Assembly (NCBI GenBank): GCA_009914755.4
Contig: CP068257.2
Span: forward strand, 27,008,001 to 27,072,000
Source: the human T2T-CHM13v2.0 reference genome, Homo sapiens
Length of the DNA stretch: 64,000 nt
Direction of reading: 5' to 3'
Position numbers and translations under genes: made by a program. This document shows, piece by piece, positions 28,404-45,433 of the stretch. Position 1 is the first letter of the stretch. The number at the start of each line of letters is the position of its first letter. The notes below the pieces were generated by a model, which saw only the letters and a list, made by a program, of their open reading frames with translations, was not told where the DNA came from and made no database searches.

Positions 28404-28562
28404 TTGTCTAGAAAAATGCATGATAGTGTTTTAGCAATCATTTAAATGAATCATTCATAACTGTTTTCTCCAATCAGAAATTTGTCTGATTCAGAAAATT
28501 TAGAAGTATTTAAAGAAAAGAAATTTGTCTGACACTACTTCTCTTTACATTGCTGAAAGTGG

Positions 28563-29078
28563 ATTTAAATCTACTTTCTCACTCCAAAAATAAACTTCAG
28601 ATAAATTTATATTCTCAGCAACATTCCAAACTCAAACACTTAGCTCACATATAACCCACATATATGGTCATATGAATATATGACTTGAAAAAGCTACATA
28701 AGTGAAAAATGCATAAAATGAATAGTTTCTCTTGCATTATAATCAACAATGTCCTTCAAGGTTTGAGGACAAAACATTCGTTAAAATTAACCACTCAGAT
28801 AACTCAGATGGTAGTGTCAGATTTAAATCTACTTTCTCACTCCAAAAATAAACTTCAGATAAATTTATATTCTCAGCAACATTCCAAACTCAAACACTTA
28901 GCTCACATATAACCCACATATATGGTCATATGAATATATGACTTGAAAAAGCTACATAAGTGAAAAATGCATAAAATGAATAGTTTCTCTTGCATTATAA
29001 TCAACAATGTCCTTCAAGGTTTGAGGACAAAACATTCGTTAAAATTAACCACTCAGATAACTCAGATGGTAGTGTCAG
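28563..29078. repeat. Tandem duplication, 2 x 258 bp, apparently 100% identical
   Basis: Unit atttaaatctactttctcactccaaaaataaacttcagataaatttatattctcagcaacattccaaactcaaacacttagctcacatataacccacatatatggtcatatgaatatatgac...cactcagataactcagatggtagtgtcag occurs at 28563-28820 and again at 28821-29078. I found no mismatch on base-by-base reading. Confidence 0.9.
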
Positions 29079-29640
29079 AGGCATTTGAACCAGAGCAACT
29101 CCATCTTAAATAGAAGCTGGGTAAAATGAGGCTGAAACCTACTGGGCTGCATTCCCTGAGGGTTAAGGCATTCTAAGTCACAGGATGAGATACGAAGTCA
29201 GCAAAAGATACAGGTCACAAAGACCTTGCTGATAAAACACGCTGCAGTAAAGAAGCCGGCCAAAACCCACTAAAAGCAAGATGGCGACAAGAGTAATCTC
29301 TGGTCATCCTCATTGCTACACTCCCATTAGCGCCATGACAGTTTACAGATGCCATGGCAACATCAGGAAGTTACCCCATATGGTCTAAAAAGGGGAGGCA
29401 TGAATAATCCACTCCTTGTTTAGCATATCATCAAGAAATAACCATAAAAAATTGGCAACCAGCAGCCCTCAGGACTGCTCTATGGAGTAGCCATTCTTTT
29501 ATACCTTTACTTTCCTAATACACTTGCTTTCACTTTATAGACTTGTCCTGAATTCTTTCTCGCTCAAGATCCAAGAACCCTGTCTTGGAGTCTGGATCTG
29601 GACCCCCTTCTGGTAACAGCAGCCCCAGTCAAAGACTCTC
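29079..29640. repeat. ERV-type LTR-like repeat, family uncertain
   Basis: aaagcaagatggcgacaagagtaatctctggtcatcctcattgctacactcccattagcgccatgacagtttacagatgccatggcaacatcaggaagttacc...cttgctttcactttatagacttgtcctgaattctttctcgctcaagatccaagaaccctgtcttggagtctggatctggaccccc looks like an LTR U3-R region with an aataaa-like signal upstream. Related motif at 7930-8360. Confidence 0.45.
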
Positions 29641-29844
29641 AAAAGCATAACTCATTCAGAGGTAGGCAGACAGAATGAGACTCCCAGGGAGCTTGTCCTG
29701 CTTCTCTGGAGTTAAATGGAAGGCTCACTTCATGATCTCACTCCTTGATTGCCCAACTGCATTAATTTTTTCTGGTTTTAGTTCTTTTTGTCTCCAGATC
29801 TGAGCACTCACCTTGAGAACTCTTTGCTAGACCCAGTATGTTAG

Positions 29845-30195
29845 TCCATTCCTGCTGCTGTCACAAAATATCTTAGACTGGGTAAATCATAAAAAATTTA
29901 TTTCTCACAGTTCTGGAAACTGGGAAGTCCCAGGTCAAGGTGGTGGCAAGTTCAGTATATAGTGGAGGCCCTGTTTCTCACAGATGGTGCTTTCTCTGTG
30001 TCCTCACATGGCCAAAAAGGCAAGGCAGCTCGCTTCAACCTCTTTTATAAGAGCATTAATCCCACCCATGAAAGTGGAGTCCTCATGACTTAATCACTTC
30101 CCAAAAGGCCCCACCCTTTAATACTATTGAATTGGGAGTTAGGTTTCAACATATGAATTCTGGGGGCACATCAACATTTAGATCATAGCACCCAG
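29845..30195 (+). repeat. Ancient LTR-like interspersed repeat (MER/MLT-type, motif ttatttctcacagttctgga)
   Basis: tgttagtccattcctgctgctgtcacaaaatatcttagactgggtaaatcataaaaaatttatttctcacagttctggaaactgggaagtcccaggtcaaggtg...ttgggagttaggtttcaacatatgaattctgggggcacatcaacatttagatcatagca. Same family as 31275-31640, 53040-53350 and partial copies at 50365-50528, 54360-54545, 60770-60960. Confidence 0.6.
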
Positions 30196-31274
30196 TAACT
30201 AAATGATTCATTAGCTACCTAAGGACCTACGGGCTAAAACACATTGGTAAATTATAGTAAACTTATGCTTACTGTGTGATTTTAGCACATTTACCAAGTG
30301 CTTCCAAACAACTGGCTTATTTGTCCATGTCTTCCTCATACAAGATAGAACAAGTAAACTTATTCCTCTTTTATGTACAATGATTACGGAAGTGAAATAG
30401 CAACCTTTTGCTGCTTTAAACAATACATTTATTCAAACATGATAATAAAAATGAAAAATGGATCAATCCTAAAAGATAATAAATGAATACATCTCAAGTT
30501 GGCAATTCACAAATTATGTCAGGCAGAGCACAGCCTGACTCATCAACCCCTCCCAGTGTCCCTATTTTGAAAACTCGTGATCTAACTGTTATTAAGTGTT
30601 TTGAATATCTAAAGTGACTGCCAACAAGACTGTCAGCAGTAGGGCAGGATATCCATCATTGGCAACAAAAAGAGGGCAAGTTGAACACAAATGTTACAAG
30701 ACAGAGACAGAACAGGGAACATTTTAACCTTGCTCAGGGCATGCCCTTAGAAACTATAAGGATTGATGATGCATCAAGATTAATTTGATGACTTGCATTT
30801 CAACCAAGAGGGCAGATTTTCAGGAACGCATATTCTGACTTGGAGCTGGGAAAGGCACAAACCCTGGGCCCAGTCCATCTTTGGGGACTGAGAACAGAGA
30901 GTTGAGAACTCATCTTACTAATAATTCCTGCAATATTGGAGTGTGTGTTTTTAACTTGGAGTCAGACACACTTTTCCTCACCCGCAGAGTGGACAGTAAA
31001 AGTAATCCAGAATGTTGCATCTGTGTTAGCTCTTCTTAGAAGGGCCTGGAGCTGCTACAGGAAGTTTCTCATTTGGAATTATGAAGTTCTTTCTTCTCTT
31101 GGGCCACTTTCTCTTGCAAGTCCAGCTGGGCATTACCCTGCCCCGTGGAATTTACTCCAACGCAGAATCCTTCATGCTTAACCCCAATTCCACTGTCTGG
31201 GCCTTCGGAGTCAGAGCCAAAGCTCAGCAGCAGATAAAGTACAAAAGCTAGCAAGGTAGAATTTGAAGCAAACT

Positions 31275-31640
31275 GCCCTGGTGTATGGTTTTTAGGGCTG
31301 CCATAACAAACTACCACAGACTGGGTGGCTTCAACTACAGAAATTTATTGTTTAACAATTCTGGAGGCTGAAATCCTGATATCAAGGTGTCAACAAGGTT
31401 GATTTCTCCTGAGGCCTCTGTCTTTAGCTGGTAGATTCCTGTGTCTACACATGGTAGTCCCTCTGTGTGTGTCTACGTTCTAATCTCCTCATTTTGTGAA
31501 GACACCAGTCAGCTTGGATTAGGGCCCACAATAGGACCTCATTTTAATTTAATTACCCCTTCAAAGACCCTATTTCCAAATACAGTCACTTTCTGAGGTA
31601 CCAGGGGGTTAGGACTTCAACAGGAGCTGATCATAATCAC
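31275..31640 (+). repeat. Ancient LTR-like interspersed repeat (same MER/MLT-type family)
   Basis: gggctgccataacaaactaccacagactgggtggcttcaactacagaaatttattgtttaacaattctggaggctgaaatcctgatatcaaggtgtcaacaaggttgatttctcctgaggcctctgtc...gggttaggacttcaacagg. Confidence 0.6.
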
Positions 31641-33114
31641 AAAAGACACAATCCCAAATATCATCATCTTGAAATCCTGAAAGATCAAAATCCTGAAAAT
31701 ACAGAGACAGCCAGGTGGGAGGGGGTCCCGAGAGAAACTCCAACTGGCCTGCACACTGGGAGGAGCATGCACTGGGGTGTAGCCACAGAAGTTCGCGCCT
31801 TTGCAGCAGCGAGGAGCCTGGCCCCTCCTCTTCCTGGGTGGTACCCAGGATTCAATCTGTGAGGCAGGAAGCACACTAGCGGACCCTGGCTTTGTGGAGG
31901 GTCCCTATTTCCCCTTTTTCCCCCTTTTGCCCAATAAATTCCATTATTCTCACCCTTCAAATTGTCTGTGAGCCTAATTTTTTATGGCCATGTGGCAAGG
32001 ACCCACATCTTTAGTGGAACTAAGGAGAGAGTCCTACAACAATATAATTCTGGAAAAAATGACTTTTAAAATTCTTTAAGATGGAGCCAAGATGGCCGAA
32101 TAGGAACAGCTCCAGTCTACAGCTCCCAGCGTGAGCGACGCAAAAGATGGGTGATTTCTGCATTTCCAACTGAAGTACCGGGTTCATCTCACTGGGGAGT
32201 GTCAGAAAGTGGGTGCAGGACAGTGGGTGCAGCACACCAAGTGTGAGCTGAAGCAGGGCAAGGCATCGCCTCACCCGGTAAGCGCAAGGGGTCAGGGAAT
32301 TCCCTTTCCTAGTCAAAGAAAGGGGTGACAGACAGCACCTGGAAAATCGGGTCACCTCCACCCTAATACTGTGCTTTTCCAACAGTCTTAGCAAACGGCA
32401 CAACAGAAGATTATATCCCACGCCTGGCTCGGAGGGTCCTACACCCACGGAGCCTTGCTCCTTGTTAGCACAGCACTCTGAGATCAAACTGCAAGGTGGC
32501 AGCGAGGCTGGGGGACGGGTGTCCACCATTGCCGAGGCTTGAGTAGGTAAACAAAGCGGCTGGGAAGCTCGAACTGGGTGGAGCCCACCACAGCTCAAGG
32601 AGGCCTGCCTGGCTCTGTAGACTCCACCTCTGGGGGCAGGGCATAGCCAAACAAAAGGCAGCAGTATCCTCTGCAGACTTAAATGTCCCTGTCTGACAGC
32701 TTTGAAGAGACTAGTGGTTCTCCCAGCACGCAGCTGGAGATCTGAGAACGGACAGACTGCCTCCTCAAGTGGGTCCCTGACCCCCGAGTAGCCTAACTGG
32801 GAGGCACCCCCCAGTAGGGGCAGACTGACACCTCACACGGCTGGGTATTCCTCTGAGACAAAACTTCCAGAGGAACAATCAGGCAGCAACATTTGCTGTT
32901 CACCAATATTCGCTGTTCTGCAGCCTCCGCTGCTGATACCCAGGCAAACAGCGTCTGGAGTGGACCTCCAGCAAACTCCAAAAGATATGCAGCTGAGGGT
33001 CCTGAGTGTTAGAAGGAAAACTAACAAACAGAAAGGACATCCACACCAAAACCCCATCTGTACGTCACCATCATCAAAGACCAAAGGTAGATAAAACCAC
33101 AAAGATGGGGAAAA

Positions 33115-34118
33115 AACAGCAGAAAAACTGGAAACTCTAAAAATCAGAGCGCCTCTCCTCCTCCAAAGGAATGCAGCTCCTCACCAGCAATGGAACAAAG
33201 CTGGATGGAGAATGACTTTAACAAGTTGAGAGAAGAAGGCTTCAGACGATCAAACTACTCTGAGCTAAAGGGGGAAGTTTGAACCCATGGCAAAGAAGTT
33301 AAAAACCTGGAAAAAAATTAGACAAATGGCTAACTAGAATAACCAATGCAGAGAAGTCCTTAAAGGACCTGATGGAGCTGAAAACCAAGGCATGAGAACT
33401 ACATGATGAATGCATAAGCCTCAGTAGCTGATTTGATCAACTGGAAGAAAGGGTCTCAGTGATGGAATATCATATGAACGAAATGAAACGAGAAGAGAAG
33501 TTTAGAGAAAAAAGAATAAAAACAAACGAACAAAGCCTCCAAGAAATATGGGACTATGTGAAAAGACCAAATCTACGTCTGATTGGTGTACCTGAAACTG
33601 ACGGGGAGAATGGAACCAAGCTGGAAAACACTCTGCAGGATATTACCCAGGAGAACTTCCCCAATCTAGCAAGGCGGGCCAACATTCAAATTCAGGAAAT
33701 ACAGAGAACACCACAAAGATACTCCTCAAGAAGAGCTACTCCAAGACACATAATTGTCAGATTCACCAAAGTTGAAATGAAGGAACAAATGTTAAGGGCA
33801 GCCAGAGAGAAAGGTCGGGTAACCCACAAAGGGAAGCCCATCAGACTAACAGCAGATCTCTCAGCAGAAACTCTACAAGCCAGAAGAGAGTGGGGGCCAA
33901 TGTCCAACATTCTTAAAGAAAAGAATTTTCAACCCAGAATTTCATATCCAGCCAAACTAAGCTTCATAAGTGAAGGAGAAATAAAATCCTTTACAGACAA
34001 GCAAATGCTGAGAGATTTTGTTACCACCAGGCCTGCCCTAAAAGAGTTCCTGAAGGAAGCACTAAACATGGAAAGGAATAACCGGTACCAGTCACTGCAA
34101 AAACATGCCAAATTGTAA
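33115..34118 (+). pseudogene. L1 ORF1p (disrupted)
   Basis: ATG ggg aaa aaa cag cag aaa aac tgg aaa ctc TAA gives a stop after 11 codons. The downstream frame 33459-34118 encodes 219 aa MMEYHMNEMKREEKFREKRIKTNEQSLQEIWDYVKRPNLRLIGVPE...RISYPAKLSFISEGEIKSFTDKQMLRDFVTTRPALKEFLKEALNMERNNRYQSLQKHAKL, the RRM and C-terminal domain of L1 ORF1p. Confidence 0.93.
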
Positions 34119-34181
34119 AGACCATCAAGGCTAGGAAGAAAACGCATCAACTAATGAGCAAAATAACCAGCTAACATCATA

Positions 34182-38012
<3,831 letters not shown>

Positions 38013-40010
38013 ACAATGAGAACACATGGACACAGGAAGGGGAACATCACACACTGGGGCCTGTGTAGGGGGAGCGGGGAGGGATAGCATTAGGAGATAT
38101 ACCTAATGTTAAATGACAAGTTAATGGGTGCAGCACACCAACATGGCACATGTATACATATGTAACAAACCTGCACGTTGTGCACGTTGTGCACATGTAC
38201 CCTAAAACTTAAAGTATAATAAAAAAATTAAATTAAAAAATAAAAATAAAATAAAATTCTTTAAAATATTTCTATATTATATTTATGATTATATTTATAT
38301 TATATTTTAAAGGGGATTTATTTCAGAAACACACAAACACAAGAGAACACTTCATAAGCCACTTTACACAATAAAATAGGTAATAGTAACATACACATTT
38401 TGGCAAGCATAAACACTGAGGTATACTAATAACAGTCACACAGGTATAACAATTATGAGCAGATGAACAATATTCATAAAGAAATAGGTCAAAAAGCAAA
38501 ATGTATGAACGCTTATCACTATGGCTGGTAACTGTGTGCACCCAGCTTTATAACTGCAGTCATCTGAAACACTGTGATGAACAACCCAAGTCTTTTGATA
38601 AGATTAATCCAAAACCATGATGGGTCACTGCCGCGTCATCACTGTAAGTAGCCCAAAGAGCCAGTATCTCGAGAAATTTTATCTTTCACAAATGCAAATG
38701 TACAAAAAGGATATCTCTTATATAACATTTTTACATACACGCACAATGTTTACACACCTAGTCAACATTGTGATGATGCACGTTCATGGAATCACATTTG
38801 TAAAAAATTACATAAAACAAATTAGAACTCTCTGAAAGTCTTAATACAATTTACATCTCCAGTGTTAGCGATTATGAAAAGGTGAAATATATAGCACAGC
38901 ATATTGTAAAAAATAATGCCAACAATTTTAAATAGTGAAAAACACTAAAAATAAAAGAAAATTTAACATGAAAAAACACATTGCAAAGAAAGACTGTGAG
39001 CAATTGCACACAGACAGCCCCTAAAAGCTAACTTTCATAATCACTAACTATATTCTGAAGTCTGGCATCATGAGAAGCTTCTTTTTATCTTTTGGGATAT
39101 GTATCTCCTTGGAGAATATGTTGACATTTATTTTCTATGTGGCACTGCTCTTTTTAAAATTACTGTATAATTCAATAGACACCAACATAAGCATTCCCAT
39201 CTTAAACTATTAAACTCTCCCATCTTCTGTGCTATGCTTATATGTTGTTTTGGATACTCAGAAATCCATTCCACATGCACCTATATGCAGACCACAAATT
39301 TGGCAGAAACAATACTGGTGATTCAACAGCAACACCATTGTGTGTTTCCTTATCCTACCGTGCACATAATTATTCTCAAACACTAAGTAACTTCTCTGGC
39401 TTCTTCAGCCAAATGCAGCTTTAATTCTTTAAAATCTGGAATGTTGTCAGCTAGGAAGGAATGTCAATGCAGGCAAATGACACATTTTTTAAACTGAAGT
39501 TTTCACTGGACCAATTCATCCATCTGAATTTCCCTCCAAATGCACTAGGCTAAACGGAAAAACAAACTTCATTAGTAATACCTTGAAATTCACTTTTATA
39601 ATCCTTTATGACACCTAATTTCGAGTCTGTCATTACGGTTTGGGAATTCAATTGAAATCCATTTCCTTCTGCATAAAGACTACAAGGTAATAGTTCAACC
39701 TGACATGATGCAACCATCCTGTGACTGTGACTTTCATCATTTTAGACATAAGGGATATTATACTGCAGGGATTTTCATCATTTGGGATTTCATCATTTGA
39801 GATTACGGCATTCAGGATTGTGTCTTTCAGAATTATGATCCAAACCTGACATCAACACGTGAATGGGGGATGCACAATCCCACCCATAGTACTTGGGAAC
39901 TCCAGTGGACCATGGGCTCACTTGAGCTCCAAGCTCCTGGGTCGAACATCCAACTGCCCTTCCTCACCTTGATGACCAAGTACCTGTGAGATCAGCTCTA
40001 TTCTACAAGG

Positions 40011-40305
40011 AATGGTTATGCACACTTAGATTTCTAGTGGCCACCAAAAAGATTTAAATGGTGTAAAAAGTAAACAAAGTCAGACACTAGTTAAAGAGGT
40101 AAAGACAGATTTTCATCAGTAATGTACTATTGCAATAGGGAAATGAGTTCTGCATGAACCGAAGTCAACTTCAATTTGTGGAGAGGTGACTGGTGTTTTA
40201 AAGGGAGAATGAGAGAGTTGGGAGGGGGCAGGTATTAGAGTCAGGGAAGTAAAAAAAACCTACAAAAAACAGAAATAGGGAATCGGTTCATGTGAAGTAT
40301 CTCAG
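40011..40305 (+). repeat. Copy 1 of a ~295-bp direct repeat of unknown family
   Basis: tggttatgcacacttagatttctagtggccaccaaaaagatttaaatggtgtaaaaagtaaacaaagtcagacac...gggagaatgagagagttgggagggggcaggtattagagtcagggaagtaaaaaaaacctacaaaaaacagaaatagggaatcggttcatgtgaag. About 90% identical to 40739-41030. Confidence 0.85.
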
Positions 40306-40738
40306 GATGCAAGACTTCAGAATATAGTTAGTGATCATAAAAGTCAGCTCTTAGGGGCTACCTCTATGCAATTGCCTTGCCATATGTTTTCCATATGTTA
40401 GATTTTCCTTTTTTAAGTCTTTTTCACTATTTTAAATTGTTGGCATTATTTTGTACAATACACTATGATATGTATTTCATCTTTTCAACTGATCATGAGC
40501 CTTTATGTCCCAAAAGCCAGTATACCAGAAAGGACAGGAAGTTGAAGTTGAAGAACAGCAAGACTTTCATCAGAAAGTCACAAAGAGCCACAGTGATGAC
40601 TCCCTCTTTTTTAAACTTTAGCTAAAGGCTGTGGTAAAGTGGAAAAGGAAAAATATATTAAGAAAGCAGAAGATTTAAGACCCCACTGACTCTCAAACCA
40701 AAACAAAGCCCATCGTTGCAAACTTACAGAAGCCAGTT

Positions 40739-41030
40739 TGGTTATGCACACTTAGATTTCTAGTGGTCACCAAAAAGGTTGAAATGGTGTCAAGAATAAA
40801 CAAAGCCGGATGCTAAAGAGGTAAGGACAGATTTTCATCAGTAATGTACTATTGCAATAAGGAAACATGTTCTGTATAAACTGAACTCAGCTTCAATTTG
40901 GAGGGAGGTGACTGTTGTTTTAAAGGGAGAATGAGAGAGTAGGGAGGGGGCAGGTATTAGAGTCAGGGAAGTAAAAAATTACAAAAAAAACAGAAACAGG
41001 GAATTGGTTCATGTAAAATCCACACAACTT
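40739..41030 (+). repeat. Copy 2 of the ~295-bp direct repeat
   Basis: tggttatgcacacttagatttctagtggtcaccaaaaaggttgaaatggtgtcaagaataaacaaagccggatgc...gggagaatgagagagtagggagggggcaggtattagagtcagggaagtaaaaaattacaaaaaaaacagaaacagggaattggttcatgtaaaa. Confidence 0.85.
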
Positions 41031-41364
41031 TGCTAACTGGAGCTTATCAGAGTTAGGCTCCTTCCCTCCCACAGAGGCTGGGAGACAGGGTCCCTGTATT
41101 CAGGTGTTGGCTGAAACAAACAGTACATCCTTGTGACAGCCTTGAGTGTTCTCAGGCAAGCATTTTATATGTGGGTCTAGGGTCATTCTTAGGAACACTA
41201 CTTTGAGCTATTAGAAACTATATTAGTGAGTGTTCAAGTCTTTATATGCCAGGCTGAGGCCTAGTCAAGAAGAGGGCTCCAAAGAGCCTGGCTAGAGTTT
41301 GGTGAAGGAGAGAATCTGTTATAGTGAAAATTTACTACTCTCCCACACCTCACCATTAGGTTTT

Positions 41365-41696
<332 letters not shown>

Positions 41697-44600
41697 CACC
41701 ATTAGGTTTTAATAAAAACAAATCTCAGCATAAATTTCTTTATATAGACAGACATGTAGTAGCAACTATTCATTAGCAAGAAAGCATAAAAGAGTTTATA
41801 CTATTTGTTCTGTGTGCTGGATGAACGCTTTTTAGGTGGCCCAGGGATGAAACATTCAGTTGAAATAGACACTGTGAGATTTCCAAGGCAGGATTCTGTG
41901 CTTACACAGCACCATGCAGTCAGAAATTCTCCTAAGTCAACATCTGGATTGAAGGGAATCAAACCATGACTGTCATCCTTAAAAATATCAGGTCAGGCCT
42001 TCGTGCATTTTTATACTCTTTTTAAAAAGGATGGAGAGACTCTGAACTATTTTAGCCAATCCATATGTTCAAAATATGTTTAATTTCATCAGTGAGAGCC
42101 AAAGCCTATTTCTAACATCCATCAGGCTAATCAACAAACACTAGATTCAGCAATGGAAACCCAAATTTGGAATTGATATGCTAGTTCATAGAGTATCAGA
42201 GGTTGAACAAAAGGATATAATAAAGGGCATGTAGCAGCTGTTTCCACAGTGGGCCCCTCTCACATTATACCCCCTGCCACATCTGAACTGTGCTGCCCTG
42301 CTAGCATTCTATCTGGCCACATATAAAGTTAATGCCTTAGCTAAAGTTTGCTCATGCTGTATGTACTTTAAAGTAAATTACAGAGATTGTAATACATGTC
42401 TTATACAAAGCTGAACCATGGCAATGGCAAACATACTGCACCTGGGGCTAGGACCCCTGGATTCTGATTTTAGGGCACCCACCTTGGACACACCGTCTCT
42501 TTGGACCTCATTTTCCTCGTCTAGAAAATAAATGGATTGACTTAGGTCACATTTCTCAAATTTGTCCTACAGAAACTTAGGGTTTTGTGGAGGAGATTCA
42601 GGAATCCTACAAACCTGTGATATACATTTTTATATCATTTATTTGCAGTGTGTTTTTAAAGAAAAAAAGAGAAAGTATGATGTACATGTCAGCATAGCAT
42701 GCACACACCCAGCAAAATTCAACAGAGTAGACTTAGTGCTACCAGACCAACTTGTTTTTTTCAATCTTAGAATAAAGCTTCTCTAACCATATCTGTAAAT
42801 GATATATAAAGATACTATAAACATGTGATTGAGAAGGTAGATTGTAACTCAACCTTTTTTGTTGTTAAATTTAGGCCCATGCATGTCAACTCATGTAAAA
42901 GTACGTGACAAGGGACATGACTAAGATACAGGTAATGTACTTGGCTTAATGCCAGGAAAAGCTTAAGGATGGAGGCCTTCATCACAGCATAGTTGTCAGT
43001 TATGCAATAGAAAGGAAAGGCCCAACATTTTGTGCATTTATTGTAAGTTCTTGTTAAAATTTGACTCTTTAATTTTAAGGCTAGATGCATTGTAAGTCTT
43101 GGGGTCTTTTTACCTAACTGTTTCTTTTCCCCAGGTAAGAAAAATAAATCCTTCTAAAGCTGAAAATTGATATGAATCACTGGTTAAAAATAAAGCTTCC
43201 AAGAAGATTTGTTGATGGATATGGTGAATGGATGTGGCTCAAGTTAAACTGTCAAAATGCCTGATGATCACCAGCTGATTTTTCAACCAGGATTCCATTC
43301 ACAACTGCACGTCAAATGAAGGAAACCTCTCTCAAACTGCATAACACAACTTGAAGACAATAAAGAATGAGAGTACATTGCCCATTCATTGAGAGTACAT
43401 TCAATGGGTTCGAGTGAAATTCTTCAAAATAATTTTGCCTTCAAATATACTCCAGTGTAAATCTGAAACAAAACATAGTGAACATACAACATAAACTCAG
43501 ATTTTTCAACAGTAATTGAACAATTTATAGGAAACATATGCAAACAATACTTACATCTAACAACAAAAATGCATTAACTTTTATCTTCAGATGCTGCTCT
43601 GTGGCAGGTCTGGGAGAAGCTGTTAGAAAAAGTTTATTATATCCTGGACTCTTGATACCAGCATGTCAACTAGAGTGCATGCATGATGAAGCAGGGACTT
43701 TGCTTGGTTAACTGCTTATCTCCAGGATCTAGGATGACACATACTAGGTTCTCAATAAATGTTGTTGAATGAATAAATGAATGAGTAAGTTGATACAAAA
43801 ATATACTTAGCATTATTATCAGAGCTGAGAGAAGAATTCAGATATGTACACTACAGATGCGTAAAAATTTATTCTAAGAAATGTTTATGCTATGACTAAA
43901 GAAGCAGTAGATTTTCATGGCTGTCTCCATTTTGTTTACTTTTATATAATATGCCCATATAAACAAATACAATGAAAATATATCCCTAGTAAAATACAGA
44001 ACACACACACAACAGGAGAGGGAATCTTTAAATGCATAGACAGGAGATCTACAAGTGGTGATATGTGGGCCAAATCCAGCCATGCCCATTAATTGACGTA
44101 TTGTTCATATGCTGTCAGGCTACAATGGCAGAGTTAAATATCTGCAACAGAGACAATATGGCACACAAAGCTGAAAATATTTACTGTCTGGCCTTGTACA
44201 GGGAGAGTCTGCCCACCCCGGTGTAGATAAAGTATAACATACCATCAATTAAGAAAAAATGTAATGACAATTATACCAAAAAGTAGTTATAAAATGGCAG
44301 AAAAAAATCAAAGGAGTATCTTCTAAAAGCTATTGCCAAAGTGATTGAGGCATTCCTTGTACATTATGAACCTGAGCATCCACTATAAAGAATATCCCGT
44401 TAAAAGCCATGCTTAATAATTCCATGCAAATTGTAGATGTTAAGACATAATCATTTAATCACAAATGTCTTAGGGTTACAGTAACAAAAGCAGCCAGTTC
44501 AAGAATTTACTTTTTTATACCTACATTTTCACTATCCTTAGAGAAATATTTCAGCTAAGAAAAAAATAATTTTCTTTTTTGTCTTTTTTTTTCTTAAAAA

Positions 44601-45077
44601 GAAGGTTAAGTACCTTTGGTAAGTATCTTTCAAATATCACAAGAAGGCACCAGCATGTATATCTCAGTAATTTTTTAGCCTTCATATATTATTTGTGAAA
44701 TAAAATACAAACACATAAAACAACACAAAACAAGGTATAAGGCGATCACACCTTTGGCAGGCAGAATTCTAAAGACATCCTCCCAAGATTCTAGTCCCCT
44801 GGTTATTCAATCAAACACACTCACCTAAGTACTGCTGTGAAGAGACATTGAAGATGGAACTAAGGATACTTATTAACTGACCTTAAAATAGGGAGCTTAT
44901 CCTGTATTCTCATATGGGACCAATGTGATCACATGAGCCCTTCAAAGCAGCAGAGGAAAGCAGAAGAGTTGCAATAGAAGGAGAACTCTGAGAGATTCAA
45001 AACGAAAAAGGGACTCCGTTTACTGCTGCTGTTTGAAGATGAAGGGGGCAATGTAGGGGTGGCCTTAAGAAGCTGAG

Positions 45078-45433
45078 TATATTAGTTCATTTACACACGG
45101 CTAATAAAGACATACCCAAAACTGGGTAATTTATAAAGGAAAGAGGTTTAGTGGATTCACAGTTCCTCATGGCTGGGGAGGACTGACAATCATGGCAGAA
45201 GGCAAAGGAGAAGCAAAGGCACATCTTACACAGCGGCAGGCAAGAGAGTTTGTGTAGGGGAACTCCCATTTATAAAACCATCAGATCTAGAAAGACTTAT
45301 TCACTACCATGAGAACAGTATGAGGGAAACTGCCCCCATGATTCAATTATCTCCACCTGGCCCTGCTCTTGACACATGGGGATTATTACAATTCAAGGTG
45401 AGATTCAGGTAGGGGCACAGCCAAACCATATCA
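45078..45433 (-). mobile_element. MaLR solo LTR (THE1/MST-like), minus orientation
   Basis: gtatattagttcatttacacacggctaataaagacatacccaaaactgggtaatttataaaggaaagaggtttagtggattcacagttcctcatggctggggaggactgacaatcatggcagaaggcaaagg...gtgagattcaggtaggggcacagccaaaccatatca. Confidence 0.8.

Noticed and set aside
28041-28445. Three overlapping 118-126-aa ORFs (two minus, one plus) with highly charged K/E/R/G or S/F/L-rich translations
   Set aside because: They lie entirely within the GA/GGAA polypurine microsatellite. Low-complexity repeats are stop-codon-free in several frames by construction, so this is not coding.
28563-29078. Regularly spaced identical repeats that might suggest a CRISPR-like array
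   Set aside because: There are only two units of 258 bp, directly abutting with no spacers, in a primate genome. This is a tandem duplication and not CRISPR.
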